NCBI GenBank assembly: GCA_036436775.1
Contig: GCA_036436775.1_3676.1
Source: a phage
Strand: one strand, 5' to 3'
DNA: 64,000 nucleotides
In this document: positions 7,135-17,511 of the stretch, piece by piece
Layout: every line of letters starts with the position of its first letter
Position numbering within the stretch: position 1 is the stretch's first letter
Translations under genes and position numbers: made by a program
The notes under the pieces: generated by a model
Databases searched by the model: none
Told to the model about the DNA's origin: nothing
Seen by the model: the letters and a program-made list of their open reading frames with translations, nothing else

Positions 7135-8361
7135 TTAAAAAGGGATGTCATCATCAAAGGAGTACTGTGCTGGATTCTGATCCATTGGGTCATCTTCCTC
7201 ATCATTTACAGGAGGAGCGTCTACAGTGTTTTGCTGTGGAGCTGCTTCCTGTTTGGCAGCCTGAGGTTCTTGATGGTCAGTTGACCCAGCACCGTTCTTG
7301 ATCCAATCGTACAACGGCTCAGCCAGATTAGTCAAGACATCTTTTGCTTCTGCAGTAATTGCCGCTGCAAAATCATCAACTTTCGTTTTCTTGTCAATAC
7401 GGCGACAAGCGTTCAACACCGCATTACCGACACTGGCACCTACTTCATCTTCAGTTCGGTTGGTGGCTTGAGCATACTCTTTCTTAAGCTCAATGGTGAC
7501 TACGTGCAGTGTTTTAGCCACGCCTAGTGGGTCGTCTACCTTAAACCCGCGATCCAGGATGATCTGCAACGCATTGATGCTATGCCCCGTCTCCACACCA
7601 ATAGGGTCGTAAGAGGATTTACGCTTGCCACCAGAACCTTGGGTGCCGTTCTCTGCCTTAGGTGGATAGGCTTTGAAACCACTGATAATGTTTCCGGTGT
7701 CTTTGTCAACAATGGCTGCAACACGACCACCTACCACCAGGTCTTTAAGCTGCTCATCCGTGACAACCATAGCACCTTCGCCGATCTTGTGGTCATTAAC
7801 AGTAACCACGTTGCCAACAATCTGAGTCACATCGCCATAGATGCGTAAAACGTCCTGATTGGCATTCTGCTGAGGTTTCTGCTTCTGACCTTGTGATTGT
7901 GCACCTTGTTGCTGTTTTTGCTGCTGAGTCGCTGCTGGAGCCTCTCCTGCACCCAGTTTGACCATCTTAGCCAGTGAGCCTTTGTAATAGGTCTTACCGT
8001 TATGCTCGTTTGCCTTCAAAGGAATATTTACGATCCATCCTGGCGTTACGGTTTCCCACTTGTCATCAATCTTAACAGAGACAGAGTCTTGATGACCAGG
8101 TTTAAGCAGCTTATCACCCATGCTGATCCAGACTTCTTCACCGCCTTGAAGCAGGTTATCAGAGGAATCCAGTTCAGAAATCAGTAAAGAGATGGTGTGG
8201 CTGGATTCAATTTTCTTACCTTGCCACACAGTGGTTTTAATACCTGTTGCAGGATCAGCCCCTTTAATAGGTTTGATGCTAACACGCTTGATCATACCGT
8301 GAGCCAGTAAAACAGTTTCACGCGGATTCATCGGGTTAGCGAATTGTTGAATAACGCTCAT
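7135..8361 (-). CDS. putative ssDNA-binding protein (T7 gp2.5-type functional analogue) with SSB-like acidic C-terminal tip
   Basis: Ends ...DEEDDPMDQNPAQYSFDDDIPF, identical to the E. coli SSB tip DDDIPF; Q/G/P-rich linkers; sits in a T7-like replisome cluster. Fold not recognised by eye. Confidence 0.45.
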   Translation of the reverse strand: MSVIQQFANPMNPRETVLLAHGMIKRVSIKPIKGADPATGIKTTVWQGKKIESSHTISLLISELDSSDNLLQGGEEVWISMGDKLLKPGHQDSVSVKIDDKWETVTPGWIVNIPLKANEHNGKTYYKGSLAKMVKLGAGEAPAATQQQKQQQGAQSQGQKQKPQQNANQDVLRIYGDVTQIVGNVVTVNDHKIGEGAMVVTDEQLKDLVVGGRVAAIVDKDTGNIISGFKAYPPKAENGTQGSGGKRKSSYDPIGVETGHSINALQIILDRGFKVDDPLGVAKTLHVVTIELKKEYAQATNRTEDEVGASVGNAVLNACRRIDKKTKVDDFAAAITAEAKDVLTNLAEPLYDWIKNGAGSTDHQEPQAAKQEAAPQQNTVDAPPVNDEEDDPMDQNPAQYSFDDDIPF

Positions 8362-8726
8362 TATTTGTCTCCTTGTTCTTCGTTAGTGTTTGCCGTGTGT
8401 GCAAACCCTGCTTGAATTAATTTGTCCTGAACTTGAGCCAACAGGCCCATTGCAAAACTTGTGGTCCCAGAGAGGGCCATCAACATATCTCGTTGTTGAG
8501 CTACCCAACCTAAGGCATAGTCCAAACGACGATATTTTTCTTCTTCACGCAGAGCCTGAAATAATTGTTCAGCCTCCGGTTGTTGTGTGAGCTCCTGAAG
8601 TCTTCCCATGAAAGAAGAAAGCACTAGCAAAAGAGACACTTGATCTTTACTTAACCCTAAGAAAAATTCTTGAGGTTGTTCTTGCTCGTTCATCGCAACC
8701 GACTCTTGATCGTTCATTTGTTCCAT
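8361..8726 (-). CDS. hypothetical protein (121 aa)
   Basis: Start codon overlaps the neighbouring gene boundary (coupled). Confidence 0.5.
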   Translation of the reverse strand: MEQMNDQESVAMNEQEQPQEFFLGLSKDQVSLLLVLSSFMGRLQELTQQPEAEQLFQALREEEKYRRLDYALGWVAQQRDMLMALSGTTSFAMGLLAQVQDKLIQAGFAHTANTNEEQGDK

Positions 8727-8809
8727 TATGGAATCTCCGATTTTATTTGAACAACATAGAAGGAGACACTATTTTAGCATCCCCTTCTGTAAATTACAAT
8801 AGGTATTTG

Positions 8810-9055
8810 TTAGCCAATCACTTCGAAAGTTCCCCAATTCCCGTCCAGCAGGCAGGTGATCGGATCCCCATCGTCGTCAAAGATTTCAAAGTTTTCAGCA
8901 TCCAGGATGTGGCCCTCGAACACAATACTTTCGTCGCCACCACCAGAGATAACAGCGTATTCCTTACCTTGAGTCAAGTTTTGACACCCTTTGCCACCAA
9001 AACCTACTTCAACACAACGTACTTTCTGTCCTGCGCGAGCAACTGCTTCAGCCAT
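8810..9055 (-). CDS. hypothetical protein (81 aa)
   Basis: ORF in array. Confidence 0.45.
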   Translation of the reverse strand: MAEAVARAGQKVRCVEVGFGGKGCQNLTQGKEYAVISGGGDESIVFEGHILDAENFEIFDDDGDPITCLLDGNWGTFEVIG

Positions 9056-9072
9056 CTTAAGGTCTCCTGATA

Positions 9073-9393
9073 TTAATCGTTAAGTTCAAAATAGATTTTA
9101 ACAGCTTCATCGAAGATTGGAATCCCGATGTTGTTGATAAGCTGCCAAACTACCATATCTTTACCTGGATCTGGGAGAATGTCAACCTTTCTCCATGCGC
9201 TGTATACCCAGTTCGGACCGCCTTCTGCACTAACTGGCAGATTTTCACCAGCTTCCTGTAGATACTTATGCAGCAAAAGATATTCTGGATACTCTAGAAC
9301 ACTGTCCTCTGTAGTATATAGCAGTTCACGGTATACTTTTAAGAACCCTGCTGGGGTAATGTTTTCAGTCTTCATTTGCCGCTTCTCCTGCAT
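9073..9393 (-). CDS. hypothetical protein (106 aa)
   Basis: ORF in array. Confidence 0.5.
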   Translation of the reverse strand: MQEKRQMKTENITPAGFLKVYRELLYTTEDSVLEYPEYLLLHKYLQEAGENLPVSAEGGPNWVYSAWRKVDILPDPGKDMVVWQLINNIGIPIFDEAVKIYFELND

Positions 9394-9757
9394 TCATCAG
9401 ATCTGCCATAGCGTCACCAACGAAGAGGACAACCACATCGTTGACAGCGTCAGCATCATCTTTGTTGACGTTGCTGAATTTAGGACACACAGCAATGATC
9501 ATGTAAACACCATTACCAACCTGAACTGTCCGTGTGGTGCACATCATGGCGGTATTTGTACCTTCTTTGAAAGCGAAGCCTTGAAGACGCTCCTCCAAAG
9601 TGTTACCGGTAGATTTCAGAAGCGCCAGCTCGTCCAGGGCATAGATGATATCTCCGGAAGTTAGTGTTGCCTTGCCATCAGACACCATAATCACTCCATC
9701 AGCGCCATCAAGCTTAGAGGCTTCAAAGATATCAATATCCCAAATATTTTTCATCAC
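9365..9757 (-). CDS. hypothetical protein (130 aa)
   Basis: ORF in array. Confidence 0.5.
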   Translation of the reverse strand: MMKNIWDIDIFEASKLDGADGVIMVSDGKATLTSGDIIYALDELALLKSTGNTLEERLQGFAFKEGTNTAMMCTTRTVQVGNGVYMIIAVCPKFSNVNKDDADAVNDVVVLFVGDAMADLMNAGEAANED

Positions 9758-10026
9758 GCTTCCTCATCATCTAAGTAATCATCAAGAGAGGTGAAGATTT
9801 CACCGAAGTATTCTAAGATTTCTAGCTCACGTGTGGTGCAGCAAACATAATCGCCTTGGTCGTCCTTAATAGTGGCCTCTTTACCCAGAATATCTACTTC
9901 AAGTTCATCGTTCAACAGGACGGCCCCTGTGTAAACTTTGTCAGCTGTGCAGTCACGAAAAGCAGAGTCCTTCTCCAGATAGCCTGGCTTAACCTTGGCT
10001 TTAATTCGTTGGTATTGTTTGGTCAT
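9754..10026 (-). CDS. small acidic protein, paralog A (90 aa)
   Basis: Shares KPGY/KPEC...AF(R/K)DCT...KDD(Q/E)GD...CT with the next gene. Confidence 0.5.
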   Translation of the reverse strand: MTKQYQRIKAKVKPGYLEKDSAFRDCTADKVYTGAVLLNDELEVDILGKEATIKDDQGDYVCCTTRELEILEYFGEIFTSLDDYLDDEEA

Positions 10027-10090
10027 TGCTGTGGTCCCCCTTTCGTTTTGATAGGGCCATTATATTAGGCCATATCACTGTTGTCAAGTA

Positions 10091-10345
10091 TTAATGTTCA
10101 GTTTTTACAAAAACTACTTCGTTAACAGTGCACCAGACAGAGTCTCCTTCATCATCTTTAAAGGTAAGGCACTGTGCTGAGTTTTCCAGCTCATCAAGCT
10201 CTTCTTGTGATAGAGGGGCCCCTTCTTCCAAAAGGGCTTTTACCAAAGGGTTATCACAAAACTCTGCTTCATAAATAGCGCCAAGTGTGCAATCTTTAAA
10301 AGCTCGGTCGTTTGCAACGCATTCTGGTTTCAACATGATTTTCAT
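10091..10345 (-). CDS. small acidic protein, paralog B (84 aa)
   Basis: Paralog of 9754-10026. Confidence 0.5.
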   Translation of the reverse strand: MKIMLKPECVANDRAFKDCTLGAIYEAEFCDNPLVKALLEEGAPLSQEELDELENSAQCLTFKDDEGDSVWCTVNEVVFVKTEH

Positions 10346-10421
10346 CTTGGAGGTCTCCTTAATTATTTAACAATCAATGCTCTGTTTGTGGGAAGTATCT
10401 TACATCTAACCTTACTTCTTG

Positions 10422-10820
10422 TCAACGACTATTTTCAATCATCCACCAAGGATCAAGGTAGGTTTGTTGACTTTTTGCCCACTGGCAAACATCTTCGTAC
10501 ATCTGAACTTCGTTTTCAGTCAGTTCGCGAATAGGCTCATCTATACCCTCATTTTTGTGGTAATCCCAGCTGGCATCGATTTCCCATAGCCACGGTTTGT
10601 TATTTCCACGTTTACGCACACAGAAGTCACCAGGACGGCCTGCCAATGCATTTAAGAACTCGTTCTCCGCTCGCTCCTGAAGAATACTAAGGAGCAAAAC
10701 GTTGGAGCATGACCGTAAAATATGCTTCAGCTCGCAGTCATCAATCTCAACTTCAATACGTTGTTTGACTGTGTGGGTACCTTTTACTAACATCCTACCT
10801 CCTCTAAACGAACTCTGCAA
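10422..10820 (-). CDS. hypothetical protein (132 aa; start may be the internal Met)
   Basis: ORF in array. Confidence 0.45.
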   Translation of the reverse strand: MQSSFRGGRMLVKGTHTVKQRIEVEIDDCELKHILRSCSNVLLLSILQERAENEFLNALAGRPGDFCVRKRGNNKPWLWEIDASWDYHKNEGIDEPIRELTENEVQMYEDVCQWAKSQQTYLDPWWMIENSR

Positions 10821-10998
10821 GAGTTGTGTTGTTCACTGCACCGCAGTAAATGGAGTATCCCAGCCCATTAGAGTGCAGAAACCACGGCGTGCCGAAATTA
10901 TCTTTCACGTAGACATCGCCGTTGTTTGTAAAGGGCCAATATTCTTCACCAAGGGTAAAATACCTATTCATACCTTCAGCAAGATACTTTACTTTCAT
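10804..10998 (-). CDS. hypothetical protein (64 aa)
   Basis: ORF in array. Confidence 0.35.
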   Translation of the reverse strand: MKVKYLAEGMNRYFTLGEEYWPFTNNGDVYVKDNFGTPWFLHSNGLGYSIYCGAVNNTTLAEFV

Positions 10999-11222
10999 AG
11001 GTCCTCTTCAACAACTACAAACTTGGCAAGCAAAGTGGTTCCGTAGATATGATACTCACCGTTTGCCAGGTGAGAGATATACCAGGCAACCCCTTCCTCG
11101 TCTTTAATCATTTTGTTTGCACGAGCTTTATCGTAATAAACCTCGTAGGTCTTTCCTTCTTTAAAGAATGACAGGTCTGTCATCTTTTCTTCTACAAAGG
11201 TAGCTTTAACCAAAGTCGTCAT
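10995..11222 (-). CDS. hypothetical protein (75 aa)
   Basis: ORF in array, coupled stop/start. Confidence 0.45.
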   Translation of the reverse strand: MTTLVKATFVEEKMTDLSFFKEGKTYEVYYDKARANKMIKDEEGVAWYISHLANGEYHIYGTTLLAKFVVVEEDL

Positions 11223-11593
11223 TGATCGGTCTCCCTCTTGTTAAGTCTGAATACTGCAATAATAGCATTCCCAAGGTGCAGTGTCAAGTCATTTCCAAGA
11301 TACCACAGCATCCCACGGTCATCTTTAATGAAAGGGTAACAATCTGGTGCCTTCCAGACATTGTACACTTTCCCAACCTGAAAGAAATCAGGCCCTGTTG
11401 GGATTTTGGTACCAGGCCACACTTGAGATACCTGAACACACTCCACCTGCATAATAACAGGAATAGTCATGGATGTAAATGTTTTTGTTGGTTCTACTAC
11501 CATAAAAGTTTCCTCTTTGCTTAACAGCACCTCCCTGTGCTGATAGTTTACATTAGTGACAATCACCCCAGTTACGACCACACAAGTATTCAC
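11219..11593 (-). CDS. hypothetical protein (124 aa; 5' end uncertain)
   Basis: ORF-track start overlaps polymerase exon 2 by 41 nt, so the true start is probably internal. Confidence 0.4.
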   Translation of the reverse strand: MNTCVVVTGVIVTNVNYQHREVLLSKEETFMVVEPTKTFTSMTIPVIMQVECVQVSQVWPGTKIPTGPDFFQVGKVYNVWKAPDCYPFIKDDRGMLWYLGNDLTLHLGNAIIAVFRLNKRETDQ

Positions 11594-11906
11594 CTGTGAT
11601 CTGGAACGGGACTCCCATCATTTTAGAAGCTTGCCAGAAGCAATGCACCACCATTTCACCTACAGGGCTCCAGATAAGTTCAAGCTTTCCGTCATCGTTC
11701 AGGATAGGATCGTACACCGTGTTTCCGTCTCTGTCAACCACTTCGTTTCCGTCCTCATCCTTGCGTGCTTTTTTGTACTTATGACCGTCGAACACATGAA
11801 GTTTGGCCTCCTGCTCTGCCTTAAATGCTTCCAGTTCTTCAATTGTGTCGAAGGTGTACACAGTCTTATACTTCGGTGTGTCAGGGACTTGAAGTTGGTA
11901 CTCATC
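11553..11906 (-). CDS. DNA polymerase (family A), exon 2
   Basis: Begins DEYQLQV (completes motif C xHDE) and ends GRNWGDCH, the typical Pol A C-terminus (compare T7 ...GPNWAICH); boundary +/- a few nt. Confidence 0.7.
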   Translation of the reverse strand, partial: DEYQLQVPDTPKYKTVYTFDTIEELEAFKAEQEAKLHVFDGHKYKKARKDEDGNEVVDRDGNTVYDPILNDDGKLELIWSPVGEMVVHCFWQASKMMGVPFQITGEYLCGRNWGDCH

Positions 11907-12242
11907 CAATAGTTCAGGTAGGTCGTTAAGCTACCCCGCACCATTACGTGCATAGCCATACGTTTTCACGTAGGATCGGACCATCTCATATTCCTATGAT
12001 AAGCAACCACAGGAATCCTCCCATTTCGACCGCACTTGCTGGTCTACTTCCTTTCGGAATGGCCTCTGAGCGTTCGCTCTTTTGAGCGCTTCGTTGCGGA
12101 TTACCTTGCCATAAGGTTTAGGCTTCCCGCAGTTAAAGAGGTTATTCGACATAGATTACTCTATGAAGCCACAATGTTATTTATGGTAATAAATAATACG
12201 GCGAACACCTTCATCGTACCACCCACGCTTCACCATTTGGTG
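11907..12242 (-). mobile_element. group I intron (ORF-less, ~336 nt) in the DNA polymerase gene
   Basis: Minus strand carries core elements in order: P AACTGCGGGAAGCC (12121-12134), Q AATCCGCAAC (12093-12102), R-like GTAGACCAGC (12038-12047), S GAGATGGTCCGATCC (11974-11988); stop codons in all frames; ends in G. Confidence 0.6.
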
Positions 12243-14606
12243 GTGCATGAGTATCCCAACTAAGTCACACAGCGATGCACCACCATTCTGTTGGTATGCA
12301 TTAAGTAAAGAGTGTTTAGATCGGGTCCAGATAGCATGACCATCAAAAGAGTAGATAAACTTCTTACCAGTTGCTTCCCAGAATTTCTCCAGATCCTCTT
12401 TGCGCCCCTTAAGACCGGGGTTGGCATCCCAAAGCGCATCGATTACCCTTTGTCCCAACTCTGGAGAGATGTCCAGCATATCTGCAACTTTATCTTTTTG
12501 TGCCCCGTACATAACCCCATACGTGATAGGTTTACCGTCGTTACGGGACACCTCTCTACCTGCTACTTTCGTATATGCCTCAGCATTGTTTTGGTGTGCA
12601 TCTCCGTTACTTACAACATCGTAATACAGGCCGTTGTCGAACTCAAAGGCACCCCAAGCCCCGATAAGCTGCTCTAAGTTGGACCCGTCAATACCGATCT
12701 CAAAGTATCCTGGAGGAACACCCCACAAGCTACGCATCTCTTTACCCATAACCACTTTAGGAGATGGTTTAGGCATGTTTGCACAAATACTGTGTTTCTG
12801 TCTGGAAGTGTTTGTCAGCCCAGAACTTTTAGCAGGAAGCTTATGGTCAATCTTCAAACGTGGGTGATTAAGAAGACCAGTATCAACCTTATCCTCCTTG
12901 ATTGGATCAAGGACCGATCTGCGGTTTCGCAATGATAACCACAAGACGATATCTTTAGCCATCTCTCCGTTCAATTTTTCAAGATTCGGACACAGGTGTC
13001 CAAACGTATCTTTCAGTTGCGGAGAAGTAATAAGTGCTCTGGCTTTTCTACGTATTTTCCCGAATACTTCCTTTTTAATCCTTTCAGAGTTAGGAAAGCT
13101 TCGGAACTTGTGCACAGTTGTCTGGAACTTGGCATCAGTTTTGTTCCAGAAGTTGATAATCAGGTCACAATACTCTGACTCTAAAAGCTCGTCCATATAT
13201 GCATATACTCGTGCATCAACATCCGCATCAGGTAGAGCTTTCTTCTTGCTATCTTTAGTTACATCTTTAGTTCTCCACATTGTCGGTAGCCAGCCAGCAC
13301 TGATCAGATACCGCTTAATGTCGTCCTGATTGCTGATTTTCATAGGTATCTTGCAGTCCGGCATTCGCTTCTGCTGTAGATCACTTATTGCCTGATCCAT
13401 CAGCTCTTTAGGCAAAGGGTGGGGTGTGGAAGTGCCCTTAATATAGCCTCTCAAGAAATCAGCCATCTTATCGGGGTCTTTGCAGCCCATCTCTTCACAC
13501 CATTTTATCCCTATCTTGCTGACATCCCCTGTAGAGGTAAATGCTCGCTTAGGCGGGGCTTTGAACTCTAAAGCGCTCATGTCTACAGGATAGCCAAGCT
13601 TATCTTTTAACCATTTCCAACCATTATTAGAGATTGTCCCGTCTTGGTTAAACGGCTTTTCAGGGAACTTGGGCCGCTGAGACATTGACAGCTCTTTTAA
13701 AGGCAGCTGTGGTTCAACACGATCAGCGATTTCTTTCATCCACGCATCGCAACGGTCACGTAAAGCAATAGCTCCATCTATGTCGAAGTATACACCCTGA
13801 CGGGCCTGCAGCTCCATCAGGAAGTGCTGCAGCATGCCTCGACGTAGTGCGTTCTTCCAGGTGATCTTCTTGAACCCTTTCGGCTTCTCTTTGGCTGGAT
13901 CGTACATAAAGTTCTGCATGTCAGATTTGCCGTAGAATACACCTTTTGATTCCGCTACCAGCTCTTTCCAGAGCAGCTCCTGGATGATAACGTCCTCGAA
14001 TACACGATCCACATACTTCCACAACGGAAGATCGCGCCAGTCATCAATTTGAACTTTCTGGTTACCAAGGGCGTAGCCCCATGCCATAAGGCCGTGAGGA
14101 CCAACGGGCTGCATTTTCTTAGTAACCGGGTTGAATACAGAATCCGGACAACCTTTTGGTAAAGGGCGATCAGGCCACAAGATTCGGCTCATCGCCAACG
14201 TATCAAACAGATTAACCTGGTGGTCGTTGATAGTCCCCATACACTTAGGGTCACGGAACATATCAAAATGAATACCGGATAATCTTTCCATCAGCATAAA
14301 GTCATAACTGTAGCAGTTATGGCAGTTCAAAGCTGTTGGTGACCAGTCAGAATTTCCTGTAAGCCAACCTTCCAACTCCGAAAAATCTGCTATGCGAACT
14401 TCAAAATCTTTATAAAGAGTTTTCTTTGCCAGAATAAAGTTCTTAGCCTTCTCTATATCCTCTTCAGAGTAGTGTGTGCGGTCATTTAGAGGAAGGAACA
14501 GCATAAAACGGTTCTTATTCAGCTCTTTAAACAAGCCGCAGTGATAATAAAGATCTAGGTCTTCTAGTAAACCAGAGGCCTCAAGGTCGAAAGACCACAT
14601 ACTCAT
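12243..14606 (-). CDS. DNA polymerase (family A, T7/Pol I-like, with 3'-5' exonuclease), exon 1
   Basis: Exo I FDLEASG near the N-terminus; motif B RNDGKPITYGVMYGAQ; ends ...LVGILMH just before the intron (ORF track reads 22 codons into the intron). Confidence 0.8.
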
Positions 14607-14664
14607 ATACAGTTCTCCTTAAAGGGGAGGCGGTTGTACTACCCCTCCCACTCTTGGTTAAACA

Positions 14665-16743
14665 TTAAAAAGGTGTTTCATCGTCTTCAAAACCTGGAAC
14701 AGGGTCAGAGGACGGATCATCATACGGAAGGTCTTCCTGTGTGTCAACAGGGTTAACAGTAGGAGTTACAACCTTATCAGCCACAACCCTACCTACAGGT
14801 GTTTCTACAACTGCGTGCTCTTGATCCTCGAACATAGCTTGAGGTCTCCAAACAACCTCCCCACCTTCGCCGTCTGTGAACATCTGCATTTCTTTGTCCC
14901 AGTACCAGTTGCTGGCATCGTGGAACTTACCTGTGTGGGGATCCATAACTAAGGTATCCGCAATGCCTAACGTTTTTGCTGGGCGGTTTTTAAGACCTAC
15001 CAGTCGGACACGTCCACGGGAACGATCCACCATCTCTTCTGCCTCCACCCCAACAACTACCCAGCTAAGTTGCTCCAATCCGGCACTACCCCGAAGGTTC
15101 TCTTTTCGTACAGGATACCAGAAAGGTAACGGATTCCCATCCTTGTCCTTTGGAGGCACAATCTCTGTGCGTTTCAGGTGAGCGATCACCAAGATAAATA
15201 CATTAAACTGCTTACAGAACGCGGCTAGTTGCGTCATAGCCATGTCAAGTTCTTTGCGCTCATCCTTAACATTAAGCCCTGAAATTACCATGGACAGGTG
15301 ATCCAGCACAATGTAACGGCAGTGATACAGACACACCATTTGTTTAAGCTTAGTGATCAACTCATCTACAGGAATAGACCCAAAATGCTTGAACACTTTG
15401 ATTTTTCCCGCCTTGGCCCAAGATTGGTGAATCTCGGCATGCTCCTGATCAGTCAGGAACTGACTAGGGTCTTCAACAAACTCTTTAACATCAAACCCCA
15501 ACTGGTTGGCGTATAGAGAGTTAATTGCTTCCTCAGGGTCCTCTTCAAGGTGAATCAGACACAGGCGATCATCCTCTTCATAATCATCGGCTTTAGGGCA
15601 TGTCGGATCCATCAAGTATTTTGCAATGCAATGTTCTAGTTTCTTGGCTACAGTTGTTTTACCACCGCCAGATGGGCCTGTCAGCATCATCAAGGTGCCT
15701 TTGTGGAGTCCTTTCAGCATCTTCTGCAATTTAGGGAACTCCGCGCTGATATCTACGCCATTAGAAGTCTTCTTACGAAGAGATTCAATGGAGAAGTCTT
15801 CTAAATCAGATACAGCATCGGGCACATATTTGACTGGGTGACGGAACATGTTGACAATATCTTCCAGCTTTTTAGCCTTCAGCATGTCACGGATATCTTT
15901 TACACCGTCAGGGTCGTTTACCTCACTGGGGTATTCCACGTGGTAAACGTTATCAGCCATCAAAAATGCCGCGATATTATGTGTGGCTTCAACACCTTTG
16001 ATAACGTGTTTTTGCTTCTCTACCTCGTTAGCTGCATCGTTGTCCATTGCAAGGACCACTGTTCCGTAGCTACGGATAAATTTCTCATTGTTTGCAAAAG
16101 TATCTACTGCGTTTGCACATCCACAGTTAATTCCAACAAAAGGTAGACAGGGTTTTCCTGCCAGATCACCTCCGTTGATAACTGCATCGATCCCGTCCTG
16201 GACCTCTTTAGCCCACTGCTTAACCTTTGCTGGGGCCTTGGCATTAGTGAGAATCCCTTTTACTTGTATCTGATATGCAGCCTGCCACGCTGCAATAACA
16301 TCACCTTCCCCCTCACAAACGTTAATTTGCTTACGGTTGTTGGAAGATGCACACAGCTTTTGACCAAACATCTGGGAGTTAGCCTTCACGATCCCAACCG
16401 TCGTAAAGTGCCCACGTTGCTCTTTAGGAATCGTCCAGTCACGCTTTTTGAAACCGGATAGATTTCCGTAGCGGTCGTAATATGGGAAATATGTTGCAGT
16501 GACTGTCACACCGTCTTCTTGGGACAATGCTGATCGCACACCAAAATATTGTGCAGCCATCAGACCGATGTTTTGTTGCGGGACAGGGACAATTTTAGTA
16601 TTTTCTAAAACAGTCTCTACAGTTTCAACTTCTTTTTCATCACGATAGTCTCGTTTCACACTTCCCCCACTTTTATACTTAGTTGCTTTCGGGTTTGGCT
16701 CACCGAAACGGTTGTATGCAGATGCCATAAATTTACTTCCCAT
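14665..16743 (-). CDS. primase-helicase (Toprim primase + DnaB-like SF4 helicase, T7 gp4-like)
   Basis: Toprim motifs VCEGEGD and VLAMDNDAANE; Walker A MLTGPSGGGKTT; acidic C-terminus ending FEDDETPF. Confidence 0.8.
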   Translation of the reverse strand: MGSKFMASAYNRFGEPNPKATKYKSGGSVKRDYRDEKEVETVETVLENTKIVPVPQQNIGLMAAQYFGVRSALSQEDGVTVTATYFPYYDRYGNLSGFKKRDWTIPKEQRGHFTTVGIVKANSQMFGQKLCASSNNRKQINVCEGEGDVIAAWQAAYQIQVKGILTNAKAPAKVKQWAKEVQDGIDAVINGGDLAGKPCLPFVGINCGCANAVDTFANNEKFIRSYGTVVLAMDNDAANEVEKQKHVIKGVEATHNIAAFLMADNVYHVEYPSEVNDPDGVKDIRDMLKAKKLEDIVNMFRHPVKYVPDAVSDLEDFSIESLRKKTSNGVDISAEFPKLQKMLKGLHKGTLMMLTGPSGGGKTTVAKKLEHCIAKYLMDPTCPKADDYEEDDRLCLIHLEEDPEEAINSLYANQLGFDVKEFVEDPSQFLTDQEHAEIHQSWAKAGKIKVFKHFGSIPVDELITKLKQMVCLYHCRYIVLDHLSMVISGLNVKDERKELDMAMTQLAAFCKQFNVFILVIAHLKRTEIVPPKDKDGNPLPFWYPVRKENLRGSAGLEQLSWVVVGVEAEEMVDRSRGRVRLVGLKNRPAKTLGIADTLVMDPHTGKFHDASNWYWDKEMQMFTDGEGGEVVWRPQAMFEDQEHAVVETPVGRVVADKVVTPTVNPVDTQEDLPYDDPSSDPVPGFEDDETPF

Positions 16744-17497
16744 TAATTCTGCTCCTTACTACAGGCTCGTTTGCTAAGAATACGGCTTTTGCCCAGCCAC
16801 GGGGTGTGAGGCTTCGGATCATCTTCGTCCTTGCACTTTTTCCACCTAGCTTAGCGTGTTGCATGGAATAACCGCTAACCACATCAACTATTTGCGGGAC
16901 AGGTTTTGTGGCCGGGATTATAAATCCATTACCTATCCATCCGCAAGTTATTTTTGGATAGGCATCGCGTGGAGCTATAAATTCAGGAAACCATGGGTTT
17001 ACATCATCTTCCGGTAAATACCCGCCATAATCAGAAGGGTGAAAACGGTAGTCAGGTTTGCGCCACAATGTGGACATAACTCCAACAGGGTTCTCTACAT
17101 GCCACGGGCAATCGTAAATCTCTCCCAACTCTTCTGCAACCCGAGCATCCTTTACAGCATTAATTTGGATCAGCGGATCCTTAGCCAGTTTCTTCTTAAA
17201 GTGTGCAGCACCGGACACCGCTAAGTGAGTGCACGGAGGAAATGCAAGAACAAAGTCCGGAGCTGGGTACATGCAGAAAGTTTCCTGAGGAAACCATGGA
17301 TCAATCCAATAATCTACATAGTGAATATTTGGATGATCGGTTATCACCTCTGCATAACTGCCGTGGTCAGCACCTTCTGCGTTAAAGCACAGGCACAGAT
17401 ACCCAGCTTTTGCCCAGTCAATGACTGCACCTCCAGACCCGTCAAATAGACTCCACACAACACCTTTGTGGTAGTGCTCTTTATAGATAAATTTCAA
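16733..17497 (-). CDS. DNA cytosine-C5 methyltransferase-like protein (compact, ~254 aa)
   Basis: Motif I WSLFDGSGG, PC motif AFPPCTHLAVSG, ENV motif VENPVG; start moved to TTG at 17497 (RBS AGGAGA) because the ORF-track GTG lies inside the terminator hairpin. Confidence 0.5.
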   Translation of the reverse strand: MKFIYKEHYHKGVVWSLFDGSGGAVIDWAKAGYLCLCFNAEGADHGSYAEVITDHPNIHYVDYWIDPWFPQETFCMYPAPDFVLAFPPCTHLAVSGAAHFKKKLAKDPLIQINAVKDARVAEELGEIYDCPWHVENPVGVMSTLWRKPDYRFHPSDYGGYLPEDDVNPWFPEFIAPRDAYPKITCGWIGNGFIIPATKPVPQIVDVVSGYSMQHAKLGGKSARTKMIRSLTPRGWAKAVFLANEPVVRSRINGK

Positions 17498-17511
17498 TTT
17501 GCTGTCTCCTA

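Noticed and set aside
12177-12242. C-terminal 22 codons of the ORF-track polymerase ORF (HQMVKRGWYDEGVRRIIYYHK)
   Set aside because: Lies after the conserved ...ILMH and before the HDE-completing downstream exon; interpreted as read-through into the intron, not real protein sequence
11910-12242. Intein as the explanation for the split polymerase
   Set aside because: The intervening sequence has stop codons in the polymerase frame and carries RNA-level group I core elements, so it cannot be an in-frame protein insertion
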